Shown piece after piece: positions 48,217 to 57,295 of a DNA stretch of 64,000 nucleotides (position 1 is the first letter of the stretch; each line of letters begins with the position of its first letter). The notes beneath the pieces were generated by a model, which had not been told where the DNA came from, made no database searches, and worked only from the letters and a program-made list of their open reading frames with translations. Source of the DNA: Sulfurospirillaceae bacterium (lineage in GTDB: Bacteria > Campylobacterota > Campylobacteria > Campylobacterales > Sulfurospirillaceae). The stretch lies in NCBI GenBank assembly GCA_033723415.1, contig JAWVXD010000011.1, positions 1 to 64,000 of the forward strand, given 5' to 3'. The position numbers and the translations under genes are program-made.

Positions 48217-48746
48217 AAAAAGCAGTTATTATCTTGTTTTTTATGTCTGTTATCTGCTTGGCATATGACAAAGTCAATATCATAAACGACTATCAGAATA
48301 AAAATTACAAAAATGTATGTATGAATAGTTTGAATCTTGTATATACGATCACAGATGAAGATATGTTGTCATTGATCGCAGATGCATGCCTAAGAATAGA
48401 TTATATAAATCCTCTGGGTGATATTATCAAAAAACTATATTCAACTCCTAAATACAGGGAAAACGCATCTTACTTTGCAACAATTTTACTGCAAAAGAAA
48501 CTCATATACCAGTTTATGAACGATGGTATAGATATAAGTGATATAAGACTTCCTAGAACTTCTTACATACTCTCCGTAGTGTTTGAAAATCTTGTGAAAA
48601 AAAATTACAAAATTGTCAATAATAAGATTGAAATAGACCTCGGAGTAAAAAAATATTTGATTTGGTTATCAAATGATGAAAAACCAAAAGTTTTTATACA
48701 AGAGTATAAAAATAACAAACTGATTAAGCAACATTGGTATTTATAG
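48213..48746 (+). CDS. Hypothetical exported protein in the pilus operon
   Basis: Signal peptide; ATGA overlap with the upstream gene. Confidence 0.6.
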   Translation: MKKAVIILFFMSVICLAYDKVNIINDYQNKNYKNVCMNSLNLVYTITDEDMLSLIADACLRIDYINPLGDIIKKLYSTPKYRENASYFATILLQKKLIYQFMNDGIDISDIRLPRTSYILSVVFENLVKKNYKIVNNKIEIDLGVKKYLIWLSNDEKPKVFIQEYKNNKLIKQHWYL

Positions 48747-48755
48747 GAATATAAT

Positions 48756-50423
48756 ATGATTCAAAACAAGATAAGAATCGGTGACATACTAGTAGAAAAA
48801 GGTTTTATAACACAAGAACAGCTTCACCTTGCTTTGGCTGAGCAAAAAAATAGCAATTTTTCAAAGAGACTAGGTCAGATATTTATAGATGAAGGATACT
48901 TAAGCGATAGAGTATTTGCAGAAATACTAGCAGAGCAGTTAAATATAGATTTTATTGACTTATACGGAGTAGAGGTTGATTTTAATCTCATGTCCAAATA
49001 TTCGATAAAATTGCTCAAAGGTGCAGAGGCTATACCATTTAAAGAAGATGAAGAATTTATTCACGTTGCTACGGTTGATCCTCTTGATTATGAATCATTG
49101 GAACTATTAGAAAGAAGCATTGCCACAAAACCGATCAAACTATACATTTCATTAAAAAGTGATGTTTATCATATATTTGAAAGATTTGAGATTCTATCTA
49201 TAACAAAATTATTGGTTGACAATATCAAAAAAGAGATAGCTTCTAACATATACAAAGCAGACAGTGAACAAAGTTCTGTTATGCAACTTATAGAACAGAT
49301 CATTAAGACAGCGATCAAAAAAAATGCCAGTGATATCCATATAGAGCCATCGGCTTTTAATGTTTCCGTTAGAAGCAGGATCGATGGCGTGTTGAGAGAA
49401 AATTTTGTATTTGATATAGAGATATACAATGCTATAGCATCACGTATAAAAATTCTTGGAAATTTGGATATCAGTGAAAAAAGAAAATCTCAAGACGGTA
49501 GATTTTCCATGCAAATAAACAACAGTACATATGATTTCAGACTTTCAACTGCTCCTACTATGTTTGGTGAATCCATAGTCATGAGGATTTTGGATCAACA
49601 AAAAATTCTGCTTAAACTCAGAGATTTGGGGATGGAAGATGAAAATATCAAAATTTTCGAGGAAATTTTAAAATCTCCTTATGGGATCATTTTTGTAACA
49701 GGACCTACAGGAAGCGGAAAAACGACTACTTTGTATGCTGCATTAAATGAGATAAAAAGTATAGAAAACAAAATGATAACTATAGAGGACCCTATAGAGT
49801 ATCAACTCCCTCTCGCACAACAGATACAGATAAATGAAAAGATAAACTATTCGTTCGCAGAAGCTATACGTTCTATTCTAAGGCAGGATCCGGATATTAT
49901 AATGGTCGGAGAAGTTAGAGATACCGAAACTCTAAATATTGCGGTTCAAGCATCGCTTACAGGGCATCTTGTCTTTTCAACACTTCATACTAATGATGCT
50001 CCAAGTGCAATTACCAGGATGATTCAAATGGGATTAGAACCTTATCTTATCGCAGATTCATTGGTTGGTATAATCGCACAAAGACTTGTAAGAAAGATTT
50101 GTCCTCACTGCAAAAAAGAGTACAAACCACTGAAGATGACTCTAGATAAAATAGAAAAATATCTACCGAAGGATTATACTTTTTATAAAGGTGAGGGTTG
50201 CTTGAGATGTGGTTTTACAGGTTATGACGGAAGAACCATGATCAGCGAGATATTAAGAATCAGTGAGACGATATCACATCTTATCTCTATCAATATGAAC
50301 AAATATGAAATTTCAAGAAAAGCAGAAGAGAGTGATGGTTTTGAGCCTATGATCGTTGATGGTATCAAAAAAGCATTAAACGGTATAACAACTATTGAAG
50401 AAGTCATGAGAGTCGCGAAATAG
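48756..50423 (+). CDS. mshE: GspE/PilB-family extension ATPase (MshE/CtsE) with N-terminal MshEN c-di-GMP-binding motifs
   Basis: RIGDIL..G....L...L..Q and RLGQIF..G..; ASDIHIEP, GPTGSGKT, RQDPDIIMVGEVRD, TGHLVFSTLH, CPHC...CLRC. Confidence 0.9.
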   Translation: MIQNKIRIGDILVEKGFITQEQLHLALAEQKNSNFSKRLGQIFIDEGYLSDRVFAEILAEQLNIDFIDLYGVEVDFNLMSKYSIKLLKGAEAIPFKEDEEFIHVATVDPLDYESLELLERSIATKPIKLYISLKSDVYHIFERFEILSITKLLVDNIKKEIASNIYKADSEQSSVMQLIEQIIKTAIKKNASDIHIEPSAFNVSVRSRIDGVLRENFVFDIEIYNAIASRIKILGNLDISEKRKSQDGRFSMQINNSTYDFRLSTAPTMFGESIVMRILDQQKILLKLRDLGMEDENIKIFEEILKSPYGIIFVTGPTGSGKTTTLYAALNEIKSIENKMITIEDPIEYQLPLAQQIQINEKINYSFAEAIRSILRQDPDIIMVGEVRDTETLNIAVQASLTGHLVFSTLHTNDAPSAITRMIQMGLEPYLIADSLVGIIAQRLVRKICPHCKKEYKPLKMTLDKIEKYLPKDYTFYKGEGCLRCGFTGYDGRTMISEILRISETISHLISINMNKYEISRKAEESDGFEPMIVDGIKKALNGITTIEEVMRVAK

Positions 50424-50430
50424 GAATCAT

Positions 50431-51675
50431 ATGAAATATTTTGAGATAGAATACATCAAGCAGACAAACAGGGAAAAACTAGTGATGCTTGCACAAAACA
50501 AAATAGAAGCCATGGAAAATTTCAAAAGAAAATCCTTGGGAGTATTCGTCAATATAACTGAGATTCAAGAGCCACTGTCTTTCAAATTAGAAAAAATATC
50601 TGAGAAAATAAAAGAAAAACTAAGAATAAAGAAGATGCCTTTGGATCCATATATCGCATCACTAAGGCATGTATCTACTATGTTAAATGCAGGACTTTCC
50701 ATAACAGTTTGTCTAGAAGATGTGATTAAGACGACTGAACACAAAAGATTGAAAGAAATCTATACTACTGTCTTGCAGGAAGTAGAATCAGGTGTGAATT
50801 TGTCTGATTCATTTAAAGCTTTTGAAGATGAGCTAGGAGCTATAACTACAGCATTATTTGATTTGGGAGAAAAAACAGGTACACTTGATGAATCAATAGA
50901 AAAATTGGCAGATATTTTACAAGAGGTCCAAGACAATAGAATGAAGCTCAAAAAGGCTACTAGATATCCGGTTATAGTGATCATCGCTATGATCATCGCA
51001 TTTTCTCTTGTGATTACTCTGGTGATACCTCAATTTCAATCTATGTTTCAAGAATATAATGCACAATTGCCATTTCCAACGATCTTGCTGTTGTGGATAG
51101 AAAATGCGATCACACACTATGGTATTTATGTTTTAGGCGGCGCTTTGGTGATGAGTGGTTTTCTGTCTATCTTGTATAAAAGAAGTGAGAATTTCAGAAG
51201 ATTATTTGACAAAAACATGCTAAAAGTCTATATTGTAGGAAGAGTGATATATCTTTCCATGATAGGAAGGTTCGTTTATGTCTTTGACAGGCTCTCAACT
51301 TCAGGTATCCCTATAATAGATTCATTAAAAACAGCTATAGGCATCGTTGAAAATGCATATCTCCGGGAGCGATTATCTGAGATAATCAGAGCTATAGAAG
51401 AGGGTAGAAGTCTCAAAGATGGCTTTGAAGATACAAAAAAGTTTGAAAGCATGGTTATACAGATGATAAGTGCAGGCGAGAACAGCGGATCTCTTAGTAA
51501 GATGTTGGATAAAATATCCGACATATTTAGAAAAAAATACAGTTATTTAGTTGATAATGTGGCAACGATGATAGAACCTCTTTTGATAGCGGCAATCGCA
51601 GGTTTTGTTCTTTTACTGGCTCTTGGGATATTTTTACCTATGTGGTCTATAGCTGAAGCCGTAGGAGGTACATGA
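50431..51675 (+). CDS. GspF/PilC-family platform protein (MshG/CtsF)
   Basis: MLNAGL, GEKTGTL, ATRYP, AGENSGSL, MIEP...LGIFLPMW. Confidence 0.9.
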   Translation: MKYFEIEYIKQTNREKLVMLAQNKIEAMENFKRKSLGVFVNITEIQEPLSFKLEKISEKIKEKLRIKKMPLDPYIASLRHVSTMLNAGLSITVCLEDVIKTTEHKRLKEIYTTVLQEVESGVNLSDSFKAFEDELGAITTALFDLGEKTGTLDESIEKLADILQEVQDNRMKLKKATRYPVIVIIAMIIAFSLVITLVIPQFQSMFQEYNAQLPFPTILLLWIENAITHYGIYVLGGALVMSGFLSILYKRSENFRRLFDKNMLKVYIVGRVIYLSMIGRFVYVFDRLSTSGIPIIDSLKTAIGIVENAYLRERLSEIIRAIEEGRSLKDGFEDTKKFESMVIQMISAGENSGSLSKMLDKISDIFRKKYSYLVDNVATMIEPLLIAAIAGFVLLLALGIFLPMWSIAEAVGGT

Positions 51676-51773
51676 TGGGCGATATGCAACTTGGAAGTAT
51701 TAGCATAGCAATACTTAGCACAATAATACTCGGCATTACGTTTTGGATCATTCACAAGATCACAAATATTTAA
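51672..51773 (+). CDS. Small single-pass membrane protein (33 aa), below the ORF track cutoff
   Basis: MMGDMQLGSISIAILSTIILGITFWIIHKITNI; AGGAGG SD at 51663-51668; ATGA overlap with the platform gene stop. Confidence 0.55.
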   Translation: MMGDMQLGSISIAILSTIILGITFWIIHKITNI

Positions 51774-52384
51774 TGGCAGATAAGAGAAACACCTGAATAA
51801 TTAGTAGCTGCAGTCCCATTGACATCTATCAAAACAAAATCTCCGGAAGTTATATTTTTGTCGTTATACATACATGATTTATTTGCATCAGTATAAGAGG
51901 CATAGATCCAAAAATCATTTTTATCCGGTTTTCCTGCTATGTCACTATTTGGCGCACTTGTATCAAAACGGACTCCATTTTGAGCGTTTGATGCAGGACC
52001 TGTGAAGATGGAGATGTTGTAGTCACTCCCGCTTGTGATGACTCCGTTTGCCGTACCGCTGACATTTTTAAATTTACCGTCATCGTTTTTGAGTACGTAT
52101 TTAAAAGGTTTATTGTTATCATTGCTTAGAAAAGTAGGATATCCTGCAGAGTTTAATTCACTAGAAGCTCTTTTATTGCCCCAAGTAAAGATGCCTTCAT
52201 TGATACTCCATTCACCGTTTGCACTTTGTAGAACAGTAGAAACTGCCGAGATCGTTGCGATCTCGGCAGTCTTTTTGGCACCGTCTGTGATGCCTGATAG
52301 TTTCGGTATCGCTATGGAAGCGAGTATTCCTATGATGACAATGACAAAAATAAGCTCCACCATTGTAAATGCAGATCTTTTCAT
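51770..52384 (-). CDS. Type IV pilin / pseudopilin (paralog 2)
   Basis: MKRSA/FTMVELIFVIVIIGILASIAIPK. Confidence 0.85.
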   Translation of the reverse strand: MKRSAFTMVELIFVIVIIGILASIAIPKLSGITDGAKKTAEIATISAVSTVLQSANGEWSINEGIFTWGNKRASSELNSAGYPTFLSNDNNKPFKYVLKNDDGKFKNVSGTANGVITSGSDYNISIFTGPASNAQNGVRFDTSAPNSDIAGKPDKNDFWIYASYTDANKSCMYNDKNITSGDFVLIDVNGTAATNYSGVSLICH

Positions 52385-52396
52385 TGTAAAATCTTA

Positions 52397-53074
52397 TTAA
52401 GGAACAGGAGTTACGGTTGTTCCAGTTGTTGATCCATCACTAGGCGCAATATTGACACTTCCAACACTAAGAGCGGTAGTTCCATTGACATCAACTAGCC
52501 CGATTGATTGTGCATTAACAGTTGCTTGTACTGTACTTGTACCAATTGTTCCGGTCACATTTAAGTCATAAGAGTTAGGATTAAATACCCAAAAGTCATT
52601 TTTATCCGGTTTGCCGGCTATGTCTTGATTAGTTGCATCGGTTGGATAGCTGAGACCATTTGTCGCATCAGTTGCAGGACCTGTCAGTAATAGAACATCG
52701 CTTGAAGCATTTTGATCACCGTCTCCTGAAATTGAGTTGGAGTGTTCAAAACCAATAATTTTAAATTTGTCACCCTTGTTCATGATAGCTTTTAATACGC
52801 CTTTTGCAGTGTTAATACTGTCATAAGTTGCTGCAGTTGCAGCGCCACTTATCACTCTATCATTCCAAGTTACGTTGTTATCGTTGTAGTCTTGTAGTCT
52901 AAATTCTTTTTTCCCTGCGATTACACCGTCCATACTACTCATGGCAGATATTTCGCTGTTTGCCTTCGCATTATCTCGTACACCGTTAAATTTAGGTAAG
53001 GCAGTTGCAGCCAAAATACCTATGATCACGATTACAAAGATTAATTCGATCATTGTAAAACCGTTCCTTTTCAT
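52397..53074 (-). CDS. Type IV pilin, probable major pilin (paralog 1); ATG at 53074
   Basis: MKRNG/FTMIELIFVIVIIGILAATALPKF; strong AGGAGAAGGA SD. Confidence 0.85.
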   Translation of the reverse strand: MKRNGFTMIELIFVIVIIGILAATALPKFNGVRDNAKANSEISAMSSMDGVIAGKKEFRLQDYNDNNVTWNDRVISGAATAATYDSINTAKGVLKAIMNKGDKFKIIGFEHSNSISGDGDQNASSDVLLLTGPATDATNGLSYPTDATNQDIAGKPDKNDFWVFNPNSYDLNVTGTIGTSTVQATVNAQSIGLVDVNGTTALSVGSVNIAPSDGSTTGTTVTPVP

Positions 53075-53191
53075 ATTCCTTCTCCTAAAGTTAGTTTGGG
53101 GCAAAGTATAGCGTATATTATGTAAATAACAGATGAATTTTATGATAAATCAATAGTTTTTTCTATATAATTGCGCCCTTAAAGGATAAAA

Positions 53192-55219
53192 ATGCCACTT
53201 TCAAAGCTAAATACAGAACAATATGCTGCTGCAACAACAGATGCGGGATCAAATCTAATAGTTGCAAGTGCCGGAACCGGAAAGACTTCAACGATAGTAG
53301 CAAGGATCGCGTATTTATTAAGTCAAGATGTAAAACCACAGCATATATTATTGCTGACTTTTACAAATAAAGCAGCTCAAGAGATGTTAGAGCGCGTTTC
53401 CAGGTATTTTGATAAATCAATAGTAGAAAAGATAGAATCTGGGACCTTTCATGCTGTAAGTTACAGGCTTTTAAAAAGACTGGGGAAAAATATAACGCTT
53501 AAACAGCCAAAAGATTTGAAGATGTTGCTAAAAACCATCCATGCAAAAAGGAGATTTGATCATATCGATTCGGGTGTCAAAGCGTATCAATCTTCTTATC
53601 TATATGATCTGTTCTGTTTGTATCAAAACTCAACCGTTGAGCTTAGTTTTTCGCAGTGGCTCGAAGAGCAAGAGAGCGATCATGGGGTTTATTTTGATAT
53701 TTATGAAGATATATTTGAAGAATTTAAAGATTTGAAAAAAGAGTATGGATATGTGGATTTCAATGATCTCTTGATTCGTATGAGAGATGCTCTAAAAGTC
53801 GATGAGACGATAAAATTTTCTGAAGTTTTAGTGGATGAATACCAAGATACGAATATTTTACAAAACTCTCTCATTGATGCGTTTGATAAAAAATCGCTAT
53901 TTTGTGTCGGCGATTATGATCAGAGTATATATGCTTTTAACGGTGCGGATATCGGTATTATCAGCACTTTTACATCACGATACAAAGATGCGAAAGTTTT
54001 CACGTTAAACAAAAATTATCGCTCTACGCAAGAGATCCTCTCTTTGGCTAACAAAGTGATAAACTACAATCCAAGAATTTATGACAAACAACTGGAAGTG
54101 ACAAGAACCACCAAGTCAGAAGCCCCAAGACTATTGATATATGAAGAGCTTTTTACCCAATACCACGCTATTTCTTCTCTCATAAAAGACTCAACCACGC
54201 CCTATCATGACATAGCGGTCATTTTTAGAAACAATTCAAGTGCCGATGGTATCGAGGCCACACTAAAAGAACAGGGCATTGCATGCAAGCGAAAAGGGGG
54301 GATCAGCTTTTTTGACTCACGAGAAGTTAAAGCGTTGATCGATCTTGTGAGCGTTGTTGTGAATCCCAAAGACATGATGGCGTTTATCCATCTTTTTGAA
54401 TACGCCAAAGGTGTCGGAGCGGCACTTTCAAAAGAGTTATTTGAAGGACTTTTTAAATTAGGAAACGGCAATATTTACCAAGGTTTTTTCCACCCTATGG
54501 AAGATGTTAATCCTTTTAAGGCGAGAGTCAAAAATTATCAACTGGGTCTTTTCGATGAACATCACGAATTTGGAAGCGTGGGGAGATTTTACAAACTAGG
54601 TTTTGAAGAGGCTTTTTTATCAAATCCTATTTTGAAACACTCAAGACTCAGCGAAGAGGGAGCAGTATTTTTGCACTCATTTTACAAATTTTTAAAACAA
54701 ACAACGCGTGTTAAAAGCCCAAAAACTCTAGTATCTCATGCTATGGAGTCTGATATTTTTTCTACAATCACCGAGCATTTAGCTACTCAACGAGCTACAA
54801 AGAAAGACGGGGGAGTGGATGAAGGGATCAAAGAAGAAGTTAAAAAAAGGATTCTTAGAAAAGGATACTTGCTACAAGAGATCGCTTCATCCTATACTTC
54901 GAGCGAGAGATTTTTAAATGCGATCACTCTAGGAAGCGGAGAGATGAGTGAAGGAGAGGGTGTAAATCTACTCAGTATCCATGCAAGCAAAGGTTTAGAA
55001 TTTAGTGAAGTTTTTGTCATCGATCTTATGGACGGCAGATTCCCAAATAGGAAGCTGATGAGCAAGGGTGGCAGCTTAGAGGAAGAGAGAAGACTGTTTT
55101 ACGTAGCGACCACTCGCGCAAAAGACAAACTGGCACTTTCGTTTGCCAAATATGATAAAATAAAAAAGATTTCATATGTACATTCACCTTTTTTAATCGA
55201 GGCTGGCTTTAGTATTTAA
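53192..55219 (+). CDS. UvrD/REP/PcrA-family ATP-dependent DNA helicase
   Basis: ASAGTGKT, LTFTNKAA, LVDEYQD, VGDYDQSIYAF, NYRS, SIHASKGLEF, EERRLFYVATTRAK. Confidence 0.93.
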   Translation: MPLSKLNTEQYAAATTDAGSNLIVASAGTGKTSTIVARIAYLLSQDVKPQHILLLTFTNKAAQEMLERVSRYFDKSIVEKIESGTFHAVSYRLLKRLGKNITLKQPKDLKMLLKTIHAKRRFDHIDSGVKAYQSSYLYDLFCLYQNSTVELSFSQWLEEQESDHGVYFDIYEDIFEEFKDLKKEYGYVDFNDLLIRMRDALKVDETIKFSEVLVDEYQDTNILQNSLIDAFDKKSLFCVGDYDQSIYAFNGADIGIISTFTSRYKDAKVFTLNKNYRSTQEILSLANKVINYNPRIYDKQLEVTRTTKSEAPRLLIYEELFTQYHAISSLIKDSTTPYHDIAVIFRNNSSADGIEATLKEQGIACKRKGGISFFDSREVKALIDLVSVVVNPKDMMAFIHLFEYAKGVGAALSKELFEGLFKLGNGNIYQGFFHPMEDVNPFKARVKNYQLGLFDEHHEFGSVGRFYKLGFEEAFLSNPILKHSRLSEEGAVFLHSFYKFLKQTTRVKSPKTLVSHAMESDIFSTITEHLATQRATKKDGGVDEGIKEEVKKRILRKGYLLQEIASSYTSSERFLNAITLGSGEMSEGEGVNLLSIHASKGLEFSEVFVIDLMDGRFPNRKLMSKGGSLEEERRLFYVATTRAKDKLALSFAKYDKIKKISYVHSPFLIEAGFSI

Positions 55220-55251
55220 TAATTATTTACCAAAACTCTATATAATCGCTT

Positions 55252-57267
55252 ATGATAAAAGAAGACAAAAAAACTCTTATTTTATATTTAATATTATTTA
55301 TAGGGATTACTATGCAGGCTGCAATTTATACAAACGATTTAATACATGAAGATTCTCCATATCTAAGACAACATGCCCACAATCCGGTGCATTGGATGCC
55401 TTGGGCGGATAAAGCTTTTGCGAAGGCAGAAAAAGAGAACAAACTGATCTTCCTATCTATAGGTTATAGTACCTGTCATTGGTGTCATGTTATGGAGAGG
55501 GAAACTTTTGAAAATGAAAGCTCAGCTAAGATTCTCAATAACGATTTCATAAGCATAAAAGTTGATAGAGAAGAGATGCCGGATATTGACAAATACTATC
55601 AAGATGTTTTTTATTTATTGAACAAAAGGGCAGGAGGATGGCCTCTTAGTATAATCATGACACCAAATCGAGAAGTTATATTTGCTGCAACTTATCTGCC
55701 TCCTGTCGATACACCAAACATGTCAAGCTTCAACCATGTCATGAGCTTTATATCAGACAAATTCAAAAATGCTCCACACGAAGTAGAGAAAAGTGCAAAA
55801 AGTATCTCTGCTGCATTAGAGCGCTACAATGCAACAGATGCCACAAAGGACAGTATTGACACAAGTGTGCTAGAACAATTTGTTAATGGTGTAAAAAGTA
55901 GTTTTGATGAGCTAAATAAAGGCATAGGACAAGCTCCTAAATTCCCTCATGCCAGTACCTTTGACGTGCTGCTGGATATATATAAAACTACAAAAAATCA
56001 AGAAGCACTTTTTATGGCAGAAGATGCCTTGGATGCCATGGCCAAAGGCGGTATTAATGATCAAATAGAAGGTGGATTTTACAGATATAGTACGGATGAA
56101 GCCTGGATGATACCGCACTTTGAAAAGATGCTTTATACCAATGCAGAGCTGATAGAGGCTTATTCAAATCTATATAGTATAAAGCCGACACAGTTTACGA
56201 AAAAGATCATAGAAGATACGATAAAAAATATGGATGAGCGATTTTTACAAAATGGTCTATACAAAAGTGCCAGTGATGCAGATAGCGAGGGAGTTGAGGG
56301 TAAATATTTTGTCTTTGAGTATGCATCTGCCAAAACCGCTTTAGAAAATTCAGGATTTGACCAAGCAGAAGCAGATACGATTTTAAAATATTTTAATATA
56401 ACAAAATACGGTAATTTTGAAGAAGGAACTACAAATCCTTATGTTGATGAAGCAAATACGCCGAAAAATATAGAAAAGGCAAAAGAAGTATTGAAAAAGT
56501 TAAGAAGTCATGTTTCTTATCCGTTTATTGATGATAAAATCTTGACTTCATGGAATGCATTGATGGCATCTGCTCTCTTTGAAGCCGGAACTATAGATGA
56601 AAAATACTCTAAAAAAGGTGTAAAGTTAGTAGATGATATGCTTAAAAATCTACAAAAAGACGGAGTTTTGTATCACCAGGTTTTATTTGGTTCTACTCTA
56701 AAGGTCAAAGGTTTGCTAGAAGATTATGCATTTTTGATAGATGCGTTGATAAAAGCAAATCAATATACGCAAGATTCCAAATATTTACAAATCGCTCAGT
56801 CTTTGACACATGAAGCGATACTGAAATTTTACAAAGATGATACTTGGTATTTATCTGATGGAGATTTCAAATCAAAAGCTCCGCTGGATGATTCAAGTTA
56901 TAAAAGTGCGAGTGCAAAGATGATACAAAATATTTTTACCGTCTCTTTGCTTAGCGGCGATACGGATTTGTATTTTCAAGCTCAAAACATGATTGCTTAT
57001 ATTGCTGCGAAGGTTAAAAATTATCCATCAGCATATCCTGAGGCCATCAAGGCTGTTATCATGGACAAGATCGGAGAAATTCTTTTAAAAGGACCAAAGC
57101 ACGATATAAAAGAGTTAAGAAAGCTAAAAAGTGATCTGGAGTATCCTTTTATATATGTATCTGAGACAAATGAAAGTATGTTTCAGGCTTGTTCAAACAC
57201 AGAGTGTTTTTCTACGTCAAATAATATTGATGAAATAAAAACAGACATCAAAAATCATTTGAAATAA
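55252..57267 (+). CDS. YyaL/DUF255 thioredoxin-domain protein (SSP411-like), apparently with a signal peptide
   Basis: [65 protein letters not shown]. Confidence 0.9.
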   Translation: MIKEDKKTLILYLILFIGITMQAAIYTNDLIHEDSPYLRQHAHNPVHWMPWADKAFAKAEKENKLIFLSIGYSTCHWCHVMERETFENESSAKILNNDFISIKVDREEMPDIDKYYQDVFYLLNKRAGGWPLSIIMTPNREVIFAATYLPPVDTPNMSSFNHVMSFISDKFKNAPHEVEKSAKSISAALERYNATDATKDSIDTSVLEQFVNGVKSSFDELNKGIGQAPKFPHASTFDVLLDIYKTTKNQEALFMAEDALDAMAKGGINDQIEGGFYRYSTDEAWMIPHFEKMLYTNAELIEAYSNLYSIKPTQFTKKIIEDTIKNMDERFLQNGLYKSASDADSEGVEGKYFVFEYASAKTALENSGFDQAEADTILKYFNITKYGNFEEGTTNPYVDEANTPKNIEKAKEVLKKLRSHVSYPFIDDKILTSWNALMASALFEAGTIDEKYSKKGVKLVDDMLKNLQKDGVLYHQVLFGSTLKVKGLLEDYAFLIDALIKANQYTQDSKYLQIAQSLTHEAILKFYKDDTWYLSDGDFKSKAPLDDSSYKSASAKMIQNIFTVSLLSGDTDLYFQAQNMIAYIAAKVKNYPSAYPEAIKAVIMDKIGEILLKGPKHDIKELRKLKSDLEYPFIYVSETNESMFQACSNTECFSTSNNIDEIKTDIKNHLK

Positions 57268-57269
57268 AA

Positions 57270-57290
57270 TAGGGGGGGCAATGCCCCCTA
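57270..57290. terminator. Bidirectional terminator between yyaL-like gene and htpG
   Basis: TAGGGGG...CCCCCTA GC-rich stem between convergent stops. Confidence 0.7.
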
Positions 57291-57295
57291 AAGCT

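Noticed and set aside
55474..55488. CHWCH in the YyaL-like protein as a possible heme c site
   Set aside because: This is the conserved thioredoxin-like CxxC of the DUF255 family, not evidence of a cytochrome
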